A stretch of DNA of 64,000 nt from Thermodesulfobacteriota bacterium (GTDB lineage Bacteria > Desulfobacterota > Binatia > Bin18), in assembly GCA_964291405.2 (NCBI GenBank), contig OZ219926.1:2592001-2656000 (forward strand), in the 5' to 3' direction. The notes beneath the pieces are model-generated. The model did not search any database and was not told where the DNA came from. It was given only the letters and a program-made list of their open reading frames with translations. This document shows positions 28,413 to 38,949 of this stretch, in pieces. Each line of letters begins with the position of its first letter. Position 1 is the first letter of the stretch. The translations under genes and the position numbers were made by a program.

Positions 28413-29633
28413 TCAGGTTTTCCACTGGACGGATTTAAGGTCAATACCTGCCTTGGCCATTTCGTACAGGGGTGACATCTCTCGCAGTCGGATGACGACT
28501 TCGGAGACACGCTTGACCACATAGTCCACGTCCTCTTCGGTATTAAAGCGTCCCAGGCCGAATCGAATCGAGGTATGGGCCAACTCTTCTCCGACACCCA
28601 GCGCCTTGAGCACATACGACGGTTCAAGGGTCGCCGAGGTACAGGCGGAACCGGACGAAAGCGCGATCTCCCGGTTGAGTCCCATCAGGAAAGATTCGCC
28701 TTCCACATACGAAAAACTCAGATTCAGGTTGCCGGGAATCCGCTCGGTTGGATGCCCGTTCAAATACACCTCTTCCAGGTTCTCGGTCAGACCGTTATAG
28801 AGTCTCTGACGCAGACTCATAAGGCGGCCGGCCTCGGCTTCCAGTTCCCGCCCGCACAACTCACACGCCTTGCCAAACCCGACAATGCCCGCCACGTTCA
28901 GCGTCCCCGAACGCATCCCCCGCTCATGGCCACCGCCGTGCATCTGGGCTCGCAGGCGGACCCGGGGTCCCCGTGACCTGACATATAAGGCCCCGCAGCC
29001 CTTGGGCCCATACATCTTATGGGCGCTCATCGACATCAGATCGATGCCGTCTTCATCAACGTTCACCGGGATCTTGCCCACGCCCTGAGTCGCATCACAG
29101 TGAAACAGGATACCCCGCTCTTTGGCGAGCTTGCCAATCTCTCTAATGGGATGCAGGGTGCCGATCTCATTGTTGGCATACATCAGAGAAATCAGGATCG
29201 TATTGTCTCGGATCGCCTTCTTCACGTCATCGATGTCCACCCGACCATACTGATCCACCGGTAAGTAGGTCACCTCCGAGATATTCGCCCGTTCGAGGGC
29301 CTGACAGGTATCCAAGACCGCCTTGTGTTCCGTGACCGCCGTAATAATGTGATTGCCTTTATCCGCGTAGAACTCCGCCACTCCCTTAATCGCCAGATTG
29401 TCCGACTCGGTCGCACCGCTGGTGAAAATGATCTCCTTGGGTCGGGCGCCGACCAAATCCGCAATCTGGCTCCGCCCCCGGTCCACGGCCTCTTCGGCCG
29501 CCCACCCAAAGGCATGATTCCGGCTGGCCGCATTGCCGTATATCTCTCCGAGAAACGGGACCATCGCCTCAATCACGCGCGGGTCTACTGGCGTGGTGGC
29601 TTGGTTATCCATGTAGATCGGATCGCGCTCCAT
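28413..29633 (-). CDS. iscS: Cysteine desulfurase
   Basis: [13 protein letters not shown] lysine, SSGSACTS catalytic Cys, C-terminal MSPL....GIDL..V.W. Confidence 0.97.
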   Translation of the reverse strand: MERDPIYMDNQATTPVDPRVIEAMVPFLGEIYGNAASRNHAFGWAAEEAVDRGRSQIADLVGARPKEIIFTSGATESDNLAIKGVAEFYADKGNHIITAVTEHKAVLDTCQALERANISEVTYLPVDQYGRVDIDDVKKAIRDNTILISLMYANNEIGTLHPIREIGKLAKERGILFHCDATQGVGKIPVNVDEDGIDLMSMSAHKMYGPKGCGALYVRSRGPRVRLRAQMHGGGHERGMRSGTLNVAGIVGFGKACELCGRELEAEAGRLMSLRQRLYNGLTENLEEVYLNGHPTERIPGNLNLSFSYVEGESFLMGLNREIALSSGSACTSATLEPSYVLKALGVGEELAHTSIRFGLGRFNTEEDVDYVVKRVSEVVIRLREMSPLYEMAKAGIDLKSVQWKT

Positions 29634-29670
29634 AATACCCCTTCGTTGTTCGCTACGAGTTGGAATTGCT

Positions 29671-29720
29671 TAAAGTGGACTTTAGAAGTCTAACTTAGGA
29701 TTTCTCCCTGAGCCTGTCAA
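29671..29720 (-). promoter_or_regulatory. isc promoter with overlapping Rrf2/IscR-like operator
   Basis: TTGACA(29720-29715)-N17-TAAGTT; imperfect palindrome TAAAGTGGACTTTAGAAGTCTAACTTA at 29671-29697 covers the -10/+1 region. Confidence 0.65.
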
Positions 29721-29770
29721 CCTACACGGCGAGGCCAGGACGGGAGGCAGCGCGCGGGTGAGGTCGATGC

Positions 29771-32299
29771 TCACAGGAGGCTTTTCAAAAACCGGCCGGT
29801 GTACGATTGCTCAACGCGCGTAATGTCTTCGGGTGTCCCACAGGCAACGATATTGCCCCCGGCCGCTCCCCCTTCGGGACCCATGTCAATGACCCAATCC
29901 GCGGTTTTTACCACCTCCAGATTATGTTCAATCACCACAACGGTATTCCCCGCTTCAACAAGTAAGGTGAAAATATCCAGCAAACGCTGAATATCGGCCA
30001 GATGGAGGCCGGTGGTCGGTTCATCAAAGAGGAATAAGGTCTGCCCTGTGCTCTTCCGGCTCAACTCTTTGGCCAACTTGAGCCGCTGCGCTTCACCACC
30101 GGATAGCGTTGGGGCGGCCTGACCCAGGCGTATATATGCCAGCCCAACCGCGCGTAAGGTTTCCAATCGCGACCGAATTTCGGGAAGATCGCCATAGACT
30201 GCCAACGCCTCGGCGACCGTCATGTTCAGCACATCGGCAATACTCCGGCCCCGCAGGCTGACCGCCAGCGTCTCTCGATTATAGCGCTGGCCATGGCATA
30301 CATCACACTGGACATAGACGTCGGGTAAAAAGCTCATCTCAACCGCGAAGACGCCATTTCCTTCACACGCCTCACAGCGTCCACCTTTCACGTTAAAAGA
30401 GAAGCGGTCCGGGTTATAGCCACGCACCCGTGCCTCGGGCAGTTGGGCAAACAGGGCGCGAATCGGACGGAGGAGTCCGATATACGTTGCCGGGGTGGAA
30501 CTGGGCGTTCGCCCAACGGGAGCCTGGTCAACCACGATCATTTTGTTGAGATGTTGCCAGCCGGAGAGCTGGCCGATCTCTGCTGCGGTCGCTTGCGTCC
30601 CCGCGAGCACGGCCGCAAGCGCAGGCACGAGGGCGTCGCTGATAAGCGAACTCTTGCCCGAGCCCGAGACGCCAGTCACGCAGGTCAGCGTTCCGAGAGG
30701 GAAGTCTACGCGTATATCTTTGAGGTTATGCACCTTGGTATGGGCGAGGGTGAGGCAATGTTTCGATGGGCGACGTTTTGTCGGGGCTGGAATCTGCGAT
30801 GCACCGGAAAGATACTGTCCGGTCAGCGAGTCCGGGGCGTTTTTGACGTCCTGCGGTGTTCCTACCGCACAGACCCACCCCCCCTGCTCGCCGGCCCCCG
30901 GGCCTAAATCAATCAGATGGTCAGCAGCCAGCATGGTCTCAGGGTCGTGCTCGACCACCACCACCGTATTCCCCTGCTGCCACAGGCGTTTGAGCATCTC
31001 CAGGAGTTGACTTGTATCACGCGGATGCAGCCCCACCGACGGTTCGTCCAGAATATAGATGACCCCGGATAAGCCATTCCCCAGCAGCGTCGCCAGCCGG
31101 ACCCGCTGGGCCTCGCCCCCGGACAGGGACGCCATCGTGCGGTCCAGGGTGAGATAGGCTAATCCCAGATCGACCAAAGCCTGGAGACGCGAGACAATCT
31201 CCTGACAGAGCGGTAGGGCGACCGGCTCTGTCTGTCCGTAAAAAACGAGCTGAGAAAAAAAGTCGAGCACCGCTCCGAGCGGCTTGGCGGTGAGTTCGCT
31301 CAGGCTCATGTCTCCGATGCGTATCCCCTGGGTTTCTGAGCGGAGGCGCGAGCCGTTACACTGGGAACAGACCTGCAATTTGACGGCGGCCTGGGCGCTC
31401 CCTCGCTTTTTTGTCTTCCGCTCCTGTTGCACGCCAAGCCCCTCGCAGGCCGGACACGCTCCTTCCGGGCTGTTGGGTGAAAAAAAGGCCGGGCTCAGTT
31501 CCGGATAGGCAAAGCCACAGGCCGGACAGATGAGGCGCTGGGTGAACAGCCGCTCCTCGCTTTCTCCAATCAGCACTCTGACCACATCCTTGCCATAGCG
31601 CAGCGCCGTGTCCAGCGAATCGGCGAGGCGCTGAGCTATGCCGCTTTTGACCACAAGCCGGTCAACGACGATATCGAGTTGTGTCTCGGTGATTGCACCG
31701 GGTCTCAGACCCGCAATCGTTCTGGCGAGGTCCGAATCCATCAGATCGTGGATCGTTCCGTTCAGCCGGATACGGACAAATCCCGCTCTGTGCAGGTCCT
31801 GGAGGATGGTGTCACAATCATCAGGATGGAAAAGGCGGATGGGCGCCAAAAGCTGGAGCCGACTCCCTTCGGGTACATCAAGCAGTTGATCGACAATCTG
31901 GGGCACGCTGTGGCGTTCAATCACTCGTCCGCATTCCAAGCAGTGAGGCGTGCCGACCCTTGTGTAGAGCAACCGCAGATAGTCGGCAATCTCGCTGACC
32001 GTGCCAACGGTCGAGCGGACTGAGGACGTCGTGCGGCGCTGTTCAAGTGCGACCGTTGGGGACAGGCCGCTGATGGTATCAACATCGGGCTTGGCGTGCT
32101 GCGTCAGAAACTGACGCGCCGAGGCGGATAGCGATGCCATATAACGGCGGCGTCCTTCGGCGTAGAGGACATCAAAGGCCAGGGTCGATTTCCCCGACCC
32201 GGAGACGCCGGTAATCACCACAAACTTCTGGCGCGGAATCTCAAGGCTGATGTTTTTGAGATTATGTTGGCGCGCACCTCGAATACGAATCGTCTCCAC
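29771..32299 (-). CDS. uvrA: Excinuclease ABC subunit A, short variant (842 aa)
   Basis: Two ABC modules ([22 protein letters not shown]), three Zn modules, GARQHNLKN. Confidence 0.93.
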   Translation of the reverse strand: METIRIRGARQHNLKNISLEIPRQKFVVITGVSGSGKSTLAFDVLYAEGRRRYMASLSASARQFLTQHAKPDVDTISGLSPTVALEQRRTTSSVRSTVGTVSEIADYLRLLYTRVGTPHCLECGRVIERHSVPQIVDQLLDVPEGSRLQLLAPIRLFHPDDCDTILQDLHRAGFVRIRLNGTIHDLMDSDLARTIAGLRPGAITETQLDIVVDRLVVKSGIAQRLADSLDTALRYGKDVVRVLIGESEERLFTQRLICPACGFAYPELSPAFFSPNSPEGACPACEGLGVQQERKTKKRGSAQAAVKLQVCSQCNGSRLRSETQGIRIGDMSLSELTAKPLGAVLDFFSQLVFYGQTEPVALPLCQEIVSRLQALVDLGLAYLTLDRTMASLSGGEAQRVRLATLLGNGLSGVIYILDEPSVGLHPRDTSQLLEMLKRLWQQGNTVVVVEHDPETMLAADHLIDLGPGAGEQGGWVCAVGTPQDVKNAPDSLTGQYLSGASQIPAPTKRRPSKHCLTLAHTKVHNLKDIRVDFPLGTLTCVTGVSGSGKSSLISDALVPALAAVLAGTQATAAEIGQLSGWQHLNKMIVVDQAPVGRTPSSTPATYIGLLRPIRALFAQLPEARVRGYNPDRFSFNVKGGRCEACEGNGVFAVEMSFLPDVYVQCDVCHGQRYNRETLAVSLRGRSIADVLNMTVAEALAVYGDLPEIRSRLETLRAVGLAYIRLGQAAPTLSGGEAQRLKLAKELSRKSTGQTLFLFDEPTTGLHLADIQRLLDIFTLLVEAGNTVVVIEHNLEVVKTADWVIDMGPEGGAAGGNIVACGTPEDITRVEQSYTGRFLKSLL

Positions 32300-32332
32300 A
32301 ACGCGCAGCCTAGCAGAAAGCCAAAACGAGGG

Positions 32333-33847
32333 TTAGGGATTGGGAGTTGGGGATGAGGAGTCTGGCGTGCGACTCCAGCGTAAGACTGGTCGGCGGGCAG
32401 CGCGGGTTTCATCCAGGCGGCTGACCGGCGTGGTGAAGGGCGCTTGCTTGAGCAGGTCGGGCTGGTCGGTAATCTCCTGGGCAATGGCCAGCAGCGCGTC
32501 GGCAAATTCATCCAGGGTTTCTTTGGTTTCCGTTTCCGTCGGCTCAATCATCAGTGCCCCGCTCACCACTAAGGGGAAATAGATCGTCGGTGCGTAAAAG
32601 CCGTAATCAAGCAGACGTTTGGCAATATCCAGGGTCTTTACGCCAGTCTGATGAAACGAGCGATCCGAGAAGACACATTCATGCATACACGGCTCATGGG
32701 TGGCCAAGGTGTATACGGATTCGAGCCGTTTACGGAGGTAGTTGGCGTTCAGAATCGCCATGTGTGTGGCATGCGTAAGCCCGTCTCCACCCATTGCCAG
32801 AATATAGGCGTAGGCCCGCACCAGGATGCCAAAATTACCGTAGAACGAGCGCACCCGCCCGATTGATTTGGGCGCGGCGTCGGTCCAGGAATAGGTGTCG
32901 TTCTGCTGGACGATCCGAGGAACGGGCAGATAGGGCCCTAGAATCTTTTTTACGCCGACCGGCCCGGCACCGGGGCCGCCGCCACCGTGCGGAGTGGAGA
33001 AGGTTTTATGCAGATTAAATTGAATAACATCCGCCCCCATATGACCCGGCTTGGCCACGCCCATCAGGGCGTTGAGGTTGGCGCCGTCCATATACACCAG
33101 CGCCCCGTTCTGGTGCAGCACGTCGGTTATCCGAAGAATCTCGCGCTCAAAGAGTCCGAGCGTATTCGGGTTGGTCACCATCAGGGCGGCTACTTCAGGG
33201 TCCGTACATTTGGCTACGGCGTCGGCGCTGAGCATGCCGTCCGAGCCGGTCGCGACCTGCACGACGTCATAGCCACATAAGGCCGCCGAGGCAGGATTGG
33301 TGCCGTGCGCGCTCGCCGGAATCAAGACTTTCTTACGCGCTGTTCCCCGGTCCTGGTGATAGGCCCGAATGAGCTTCATACCGGTCAACTCGCCCTGCGC
33401 CCCTGCGGCGGGCTGCAAGCTGATGGCATCCATACCGCTGATCTCGGCCAAACAGCGCTCAAGCTCGGCGAGCAACATCAACGCCCCCTGGGCCTGATCG
33501 TCCGGGGTCAGGGGGTGAAGCTGAGCCAAACCCGGCAGGCGAGCCATATACTCATTCACCACCGGGTTATACTTCATCGTGCACGACCCCAGGGGATAGA
33601 GGGTCGTCGCCGCACTCATATTCCACTGGGACAGCCGCGTGAAATGGCGCACCACTTCGCCCTCGCTCACCTCGGGAAAATCATCGAGCGCCTCCCGACA
33701 CAGCTCTACTGGCAGATCACGGGCCTGATCCCGCTCGGGAATATCGTCTCGTGGGAGCGCGTAGCCGACCCGGCCAACTGATCCCCGCGCCGAGATCAGA
33801 GGTTCGTTCAGCATCGTCCGTTTACCAGGGCTGCGCGTCGAAGCCAT
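32333..33847 (-). CDS. gcvPB: Glycine dehydrogenase P-protein subunit 2
   Basis: [35 protein letters not shown]. Confidence 0.96.
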   Translation of the reverse strand: MASTRSPGKRTMLNEPLISARGSVGRVGYALPRDDIPERDQARDLPVELCREALDDFPEVSEGEVVRHFTRLSQWNMSAATTLYPLGSCTMKYNPVVNEYMARLPGLAQLHPLTPDDQAQGALMLLAELERCLAEISGMDAISLQPAAGAQGELTGMKLIRAYHQDRGTARKKVLIPASAHGTNPASAALCGYDVVQVATGSDGMLSADAVAKCTDPEVAALMVTNPNTLGLFEREILRITDVLHQNGALVYMDGANLNALMGVAKPGHMGADVIQFNLHKTFSTPHGGGGPGAGPVGVKKILGPYLPVPRIVQQNDTYSWTDAAPKSIGRVRSFYGNFGILVRAYAYILAMGGDGLTHATHMAILNANYLRKRLESVYTLATHEPCMHECVFSDRSFHQTGVKTLDIAKRLLDYGFYAPTIYFPLVVSGALMIEPTETETKETLDEFADALLAIAQEITDQPDLLKQAPFTTPVSRLDETRAARRPVLRWSRTPDSSSPTPNP

Positions 33848-35214
33848 TATGCGACCTGCGTGAGTGTGGCTGTCTGCCGGAGTTGCTGTCCGAAGCGCTC
33901 AATCACTTCCCGTGTGTGGAGTTCGGTTGCGCACACCAAGAGACAATCGTGGAGTTCCTCATACCAGTCTTCCAAAACGATGCCGGCAATGACCCCCTGC
34001 TCTTTGAGACGGGCCCACACGCTACGGGCGTGTGGCACGGTCAGCACACATTCATTAAAAAAGGGACTTGGAAAACGCGCTTGTACGCCGGCCGTCTGCT
34101 GCATCACCTCTGCCAGATAATGACTGCTCTTCACGTTCCGGAGCGCCAATTCGCGCAGCCCCTGTTTGCCCAACAGGCACAGAAAGACGGTGGCGGCCAG
34201 GGCACACAGACCGTGATTGGTACAGATATTTGAGGTTGCTCGCTCCCGCCGGATGTGTTGTTCGCGGGTGGCCAGGGTGAGGACAAATCCGCTACGCCCA
34301 TCCTGGTCGACCGTCTCCCCAACCAGACGACCGGGCATATTCCGGACATGGCGACTCCGGCAGGCAAACAGACCAAGGCCGGGACCACCATAGCTGAGGG
34401 GAATGCCCAGACTCTGCCCCTCTGCCACCGCGATATCGGCCCCGAGTTCGCCGGGGGACTTGAGAATGCCCAATGCCACGGACTCGGGGGTCACGGACAG
34501 GGTCAGCGCGCCAGCGTTCTGTGCAATGCGACTAACGGTCGCGATATCCTCGACCACGCCAAAGACGTTTGGATAGCCGACGACCACGCCACACACGCGC
34601 TCGTCCAAATGCTGTTCCAGGGTCGCCTGGTCAAGCCGGCCGGCTTCATCCCAGCCCAGCTCAACACGCGACAGACCGGGGAAGCCATCCAAATAGGTCC
34701 GAATGACCTGGCGATATTGTGGATGTAGAGAGCGGGCGATCAGCACCCGCGAGCGTTTGGGCAAAATACGCTTGGCCATGAGGACCGCCTCGGCGGTCGC
34801 GGACGCGCCATCGTACATACTGGCGTTGGCGACTTCCAAGCCCAACAGGGAAGCGACCAGCGACTGGAACTCGAAAATGACCTGGAGCGTCCCCTGGCTC
34901 ACCTCGGGTTGATAGGGTGTGTAGGCCGTGGCAAACTCCGCCCGCTGTACGATCTGGTCAACCACGACAGGAACGAGGTGAGCATAGGCTCCGGCTCCAA
35001 GAAAAGACCGCTCCGGACCGTATCCAGTCTGCTGTTCGGCGAACGCACTCAGGCGCTGGGTAATCTCAGACTCCGCCAGACCCGGGGCGAGATCGAGGCT
35101 GGCGTTTTGCCGGAGGTCCTCGGGCAGGTGGCGAATCAGGTCCTCAACGGAATCCACCCCCAGGACGGCCAGCATGGCCTGAATATCGTGCTCAGTATGC
35201 GGGATATAACGCAT
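33847..35214 (-). CDS. gcvPA: Glycine dehydrogenase P-protein subunit 1
   Basis: MRYIPHT, AYTPYQPEVSQG, NASMYDG, TREQHIRRERATSNICTN. Confidence 0.96.
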   Translation of the reverse strand: MRYIPHTEHDIQAMLAVLGVDSVEDLIRHLPEDLRQNASLDLAPGLAESEITQRLSAFAEQQTGYGPERSFLGAGAYAHLVPVVVDQIVQRAEFATAYTPYQPEVSQGTLQVIFEFQSLVASLLGLEVANASMYDGASATAEAVLMAKRILPKRSRVLIARSLHPQYRQVIRTYLDGFPGLSRVELGWDEAGRLDQATLEQHLDERVCGVVVGYPNVFGVVEDIATVSRIAQNAGALTLSVTPESVALGILKSPGELGADIAVAEGQSLGIPLSYGGPGLGLFACRSRHVRNMPGRLVGETVDQDGRSGFVLTLATREQHIRRERATSNICTNHGLCALAATVFLCLLGKQGLRELALRNVKSSHYLAEVMQQTAGVQARFPSPFFNECVLTVPHARSVWARLKEQGVIAGIVLEDWYEELHDCLLVCATELHTREVIERFGQQLRQTATLTQVA

Positions 35215-35220
35215 GACGGG

Positions 35221-35322
35221 TTGGGTTTGTTGGGTCTATGGAGTCTTTTGAGTCTGTTGGGTCGAGACTCAATGGACTCAACGACTCCATAGACCCAATG
35301 ACTCTAGTGGATTCAATAGACC
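35221..35322. repeat. Inverted array of ~9-nt repeats (TTGRGTCTR / GACYCAATR) forming a long hairpin
   Basis: Five units in one orientation, then about six in the opposite orientation; stem 35230-35298 includes a perfect 16-bp segment TTGGGTCTATGGAGTC. Confidence 0.85.
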
Positions 35323-35324
35323 TT

Positions 35325-35729
35325 TTATTCATCGGCGTCTTCCTGTTCTTCTTCAATAAAGCGCTCATATTCCTCAGCGGTCATGAGCGCATCCAGCTCT
35401 TCGGGATCGTTCATTTCAACCTGGACCAGCCAGGCGTCGCCATACGGATCTTCATTGATCGTCTCCGGCGTGTTCAGCAGTTCAGTATTGACTTCTTTGA
35501 CCGTACCACTCACCGGGGCGTAGATGTCAGATACGGCTTTGACCGATTCAACAACGCCAAAGGGCTCATCTTGTGTCAGCTGGGTATCCGGTTCGGGCAA
35601 CTCAACAAACACGACATCCCCAAGCTGGTCTTGGGCGTAATCGGTGATGCCGATGGTTGCCAGATTCTCCTCCTCAACCAAGACCCATTCGTGCTCCTGT
35701 GAGTAGCGTAACTCCTTTGGGGCTTCCAT
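35325..35729 (-). CDS. gcvH: Glycine cleavage system H protein
   Basis: HEW, GITDYAQDQLGD, VESVKA lipoyl-Lys; GGAGG RBS. Confidence 0.97.
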   Translation of the reverse strand: MEAPKELRYSQEHEWVLVEEENLATIGITDYAQDQLGDVVFVELPEPDTQLTQDEPFGVVESVKAVSDIYAPVSGTVKEVNTELLNTPETINEDPYGDAWLVQVEMNDPEELDALMTAEEYERFIEEEQEDADE

Positions 35730-35740
35730 AACCTCCTCCC

Positions 35741-36832
35741 TTACTTGCTCCTCCGATAAAATGGCGTCTTTACGACCGTTGCTGGAATGTGGCGATTCCG
35801 GATCGCAACTGCCAGTGGTGTTCCACTGTCCGTGCATGCTGGGGAAACATAGCCTAACGCGATACCGACGCCCAGCATGGGAGACTGGGTTCCACTGGTC
35901 ACCACACCGGCCTCCTGATCTTCACTCCAAATCGTATACGCATGGCGAGGAATGCCGGCCCCTTCCATCTTGATCCCCACCAGGTATTTTTCAATCCTAC
36001 CAATCTGCTGCTTACGCAGGGCCTCGGACCCAATAAAGGGACCAGCCTCAAAATGGACGAGACGCATTAAGCCGGCCTCCAGCGGTGTGGTCCGGGCATC
36101 AATATCGTTGCCGTATAAAAGATAGCCGGCCTCCAGGCGGAGCGTATCCCGCGCCCCCAGGCCGACAGGGACCAGGTTCGCCGGACCTCCTGCCTCGCCG
36201 CACGCCTGCCAGATATGTTCGGCCCGCTCAGCCGGGACAAACAGCTCAAAACCGTCTTCTCCGGTGTAGCCGGTTCGTGCCAGCAGGGTCGGCACCCCGG
36301 CCACCTCCCTCCGGGCTGCCCAATAGCGACGAATGGACGAAAGATCGTGCGGTGTCAGCTGGGACAGAACCGTCTGTGCCTGCGGACCCTGGAGGGCGAC
36401 CAGCGCATACTCGTCACTCCGGTCAGTCAACTCGGCACGGCCACGATTGTGTTCTGCCATCCACTCGTAGTCGGTCGTGCGATTGGCGGCATTCACGCAC
36501 ACCAGATAGCGCTCCTCGGCCAGACGATAGATAATGACGTCGTCGACTATGCCACCATCGGCAAAACACATGACCGAGTACTGGGCCTGCATGATCTGGA
36601 TGCGGGCAATATCGGTGACGAATAGTTCCTGACAGACCGCATACGCCAGGGGACCGGCTATCTCGATCTCACCCATATGGCTCAGGTCAAACAGGCCGAC
36701 CTGCGCCCGCACGGCCCGGTGCTCGGCGAGAATCCCGGTATAGTGAACGGGCATCTGCCAGCCACCGAATTCAATCATGCGTGCACCCAAGGCACGATGC
36801 ACCTTATACAGCGGCGTTCGGTTGGCCTCCAT
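35741..36832 (-). CDS. gcvT: Glycine cleavage aminomethyltransferase
   Basis: FGGWQMP, FDLSHMG, RTGYTGEDGFE, GARDTLRLEAG. Confidence 0.97.
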   Translation of the reverse strand: MEANRTPLYKVHRALGARMIEFGGWQMPVHYTGILAEHRAVRAQVGLFDLSHMGEIEIAGPLAYAVCQELFVTDIARIQIMQAQYSVMCFADGGIVDDVIIYRLAEERYLVCVNAANRTTDYEWMAEHNRGRAELTDRSDEYALVALQGPQAQTVLSQLTPHDLSSIRRYWAARREVAGVPTLLARTGYTGEDGFELFVPAERAEHIWQACGEAGGPANLVPVGLGARDTLRLEAGYLLYGNDIDARTTPLEAGLMRLVHFEAGPFIGSEALRKQQIGRIEKYLVGIKMEGAGIPRHAYTIWSEDQEAGVVTSGTQSPMLGVGIALGYVSPACTDSGTPLAVAIRNRHIPATVVKTPFYRRSK

Positions 36833-36834
36833 AT

Positions 36835-37704
36835 TTATATCCGAACTTTTGTCTGCTTTTCCGCAGTCTGGACAGTGTTGGCTAAGAGCATAGCAACCGT
36901 CAGCGGTCCGACCCCGCCTGGGACAGGAGAAATATAGGCGGCGCGATCCTTGGCAATAGCGAACTCCACATCCCCTTTCAGCAACCCATTAGAACCCCGC
37001 GAGATGCCAACATCAATGACACCTGCCCCTTCTTTTATCCAGTCTCCTTTGATGGCGTCAATTTGTCCGATTGCGGTCACGACAAGATCGGCCTGGCGTA
37101 TGTGGTCGGCGAGATTGGCCGTCTGCGAGTGGCAGGTTGTCACGGTCGCGTTGCGTTCCAACAGCAGGAGGGCTATCGGTTTGCCGACCAGATTGCTCCG
37201 ACCAACAACGACCGCGCGCTTGCCTTCGATAGCCAGACCGCTCTGATCGATGAGATGTATCACGCCCAGCGGGGTGCAGGGGCGGAGCCCGTCCTGGCCT
37301 AATACCAGCCGCCCCTGATTCACCGGATGGAGCCCATCCACGTCCTTGTCCGGCCGGATGGCCTCAATCAGGGACGCCGGCTCCAAATGGTCGGGCAGCG
37401 GAAGCTGGAGCAGAATACCGTGGACATCGGGACCCGCGTTGAGCCGACCAATGAGCGTGACGACTTCGTCGGCCGATGCGGTCGCCGGCAGGCGATGGCC
37501 GAAGGGCGCAATACCGACCTCACGGCAGGCTTTTTCCTTGGTGCTGACATAGGCGCGCGAGGCCGGCTCCTCACCGATCAGAATCGTCGCTAGCCCCGGT
37601 TGCCAGTCTTGGCGTCCGGGCTGTTGCCGAATTCGAGCAATACGTTCTTTCAGATCCTGGCGGATTGTTCGCGCATATTGCTTTCCATCAAGTACCACAC
37701 CCAT
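36835..37704 (-). CDS. folD: Methylenetetrahydrofolate dehydrogenase/cyclohydrolase
   Basis: YVSTK, KDVDG, PCTP, GRSNLVGKP, PVPGGVGP. Confidence 0.97.
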   Translation of the reverse strand: MGVVLDGKQYARTIRQDLKERIARIRQQPGRQDWQPGLATILIGEEPASRAYVSTKEKACREVGIAPFGHRLPATASADEVVTLIGRLNAGPDVHGILLQLPLPDHLEPASLIEAIRPDKDVDGLHPVNQGRLVLGQDGLRPCTPLGVIHLIDQSGLAIEGKRAVVVGRSNLVGKPIALLLLERNATVTTCHSQTANLADHIRQADLVVTAIGQIDAIKGDWIKEGAGVIDVGISRGSNGLLKGDVEFAIAKDRAAYISPVPGGVGPLTVAMLLANTVQTAEKQTKVRI

Positions 37705-37763
37705 GCTACAGTCAAGATACGCGAAGCTCTTCTCCAATGTAAAGCAAAGACAGGAGCGCTCGT

Positions 37764-38891
37764 ATGGTGATTGGTATTCCCAAGGAGATCAAAGCTGAGG
37801 AGACCCGTGTGGCCATCACGCCCAGTGGCGTCGCCGCTCTGGTGGCGCACGGTCACCGAGTTGTCATTGAAACCCAGGCCGGTGCCGGGAGCAGTATTTC
37901 TGACGAGCAGTATGCTGCGGCCGGGGCGCATATCCAGGGCTCCGCTCAAGAGGTCTGGACACAGGCCGACCTCATCCTCAAGGTCAAAGAACCCCTGGCT
38001 GCCGAGTATCCCTTGCTGCGGCCTGGTCTCATCCTGTTTACCTACCTCCATCTCGCCGCAGCAGAACAGCTCACCCGGGTACTGCTGGACCGGCAGGTGA
38101 CCGCGCTCGGCTATGAAACCATTCAGTTGGAGGATGGCTCACTACCGCTGCTCGCGCCTATGAGCGAGGTGGCCGGGCGGTTGGCTTTTCAGGTTGGAGC
38201 CTGGAGTCTCCAGGCCCATAACGGCGGTCGGGGCGTGTTGCTGAGTGGCGCGTCCGGGGTGAAGCCCGGCCATGTGGTCATTCTCGGCGCCGGTATAGCC
38301 GGAGCAAATGCCTGTCAGGTGGCCGTTGGCGTGGGGGCCTATGTGAGCATTCTGGATATCAATCCGGCGCGCTTGCGCTATGTCCACGACATTCTTGGCG
38401 GCCACGTTACCACCGTCATGTCCAACCGGGCCAATATCGAGGAAGAGGTGACTGCTGCCGACCTGGTCATCAGTTCGGTTCTGGTGCCCGGCGCTCGTGC
38501 GCCCAGGTTGCTGACGCGGGACCTGTTCCGGAATATGCGCGCTGGCGCGGCGTTTGTTGATATCTCCATCGATCAGGGCGGCAGCGCCGAAACCTCACGT
38601 CCGACCACTCACCACGATCCGGTTTACCGCGAGGAAGAGGTAGTACATTACTGCGTCACCAATATGCCGGCCATCGTGCCACACACTTCGACCTATGCCC
38701 TGACCAATGTCACCCTGTCTTACGCCCTTGAACTGGCCGACAAGGGGGTAACCGCCGCCCTACGCGAAAACCCCGCCCTGCAACGCGGGCTGAACACCAT
38801 GAACGGCCAGGTTGTCCACCCCGGCGTGGCCGCCGCCTTCGACCTGCCCCGCGCCGACACTACCGAGAAACTGTTCGCCAACACCGGATAA
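37764..38891 (+). CDS. ald: Alanine dehydrogenase
   Basis: IPKEIK..E.RVA, KVKEP, FTYLHLA, PMSEVAGR, IDQGG, NMP. Confidence 0.96.
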   Translation: MVIGIPKEIKAEETRVAITPSGVAALVAHGHRVVIETQAGAGSSISDEQYAAAGAHIQGSAQEVWTQADLILKVKEPLAAEYPLLRPGLILFTYLHLAAAEQLTRVLLDRQVTALGYETIQLEDGSLPLLAPMSEVAGRLAFQVGAWSLQAHNGGRGVLLSGASGVKPGHVVILGAGIAGANACQVAVGVGAYVSILDINPARLRYVHDILGGHVTTVMSNRANIEEEVTAADLVISSVLVPGARAPRLLTRDLFRNMRAGAAFVDISIDQGGSAETSRPTTHHDPVYREEEVVHYCVTNMPAIVPHTSTYALTNVTLSYALELADKGVTAALRENPALQRGLNTMNGQVVHPGVAAAFDLPRADTTEKLFANTG

Positions 38892-38949
38892 TCTACATAA
38901 TGCTCCGCGGACCCTGTGCCCGGTCCATGATTGGCATTACGCGGTCGAA

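Noticed and set aside
35221-35322. Possible CRISPR array
   Set aside because: Units are about 9 nt, contiguous and inverted, with no unique spacers and no cas genes
36833-37763. Glycine riboswitch ahead of gcvT/folD
   Set aside because: Intergenic gaps of 2 and 59 bp leave no room and no aptamer motifs are visible
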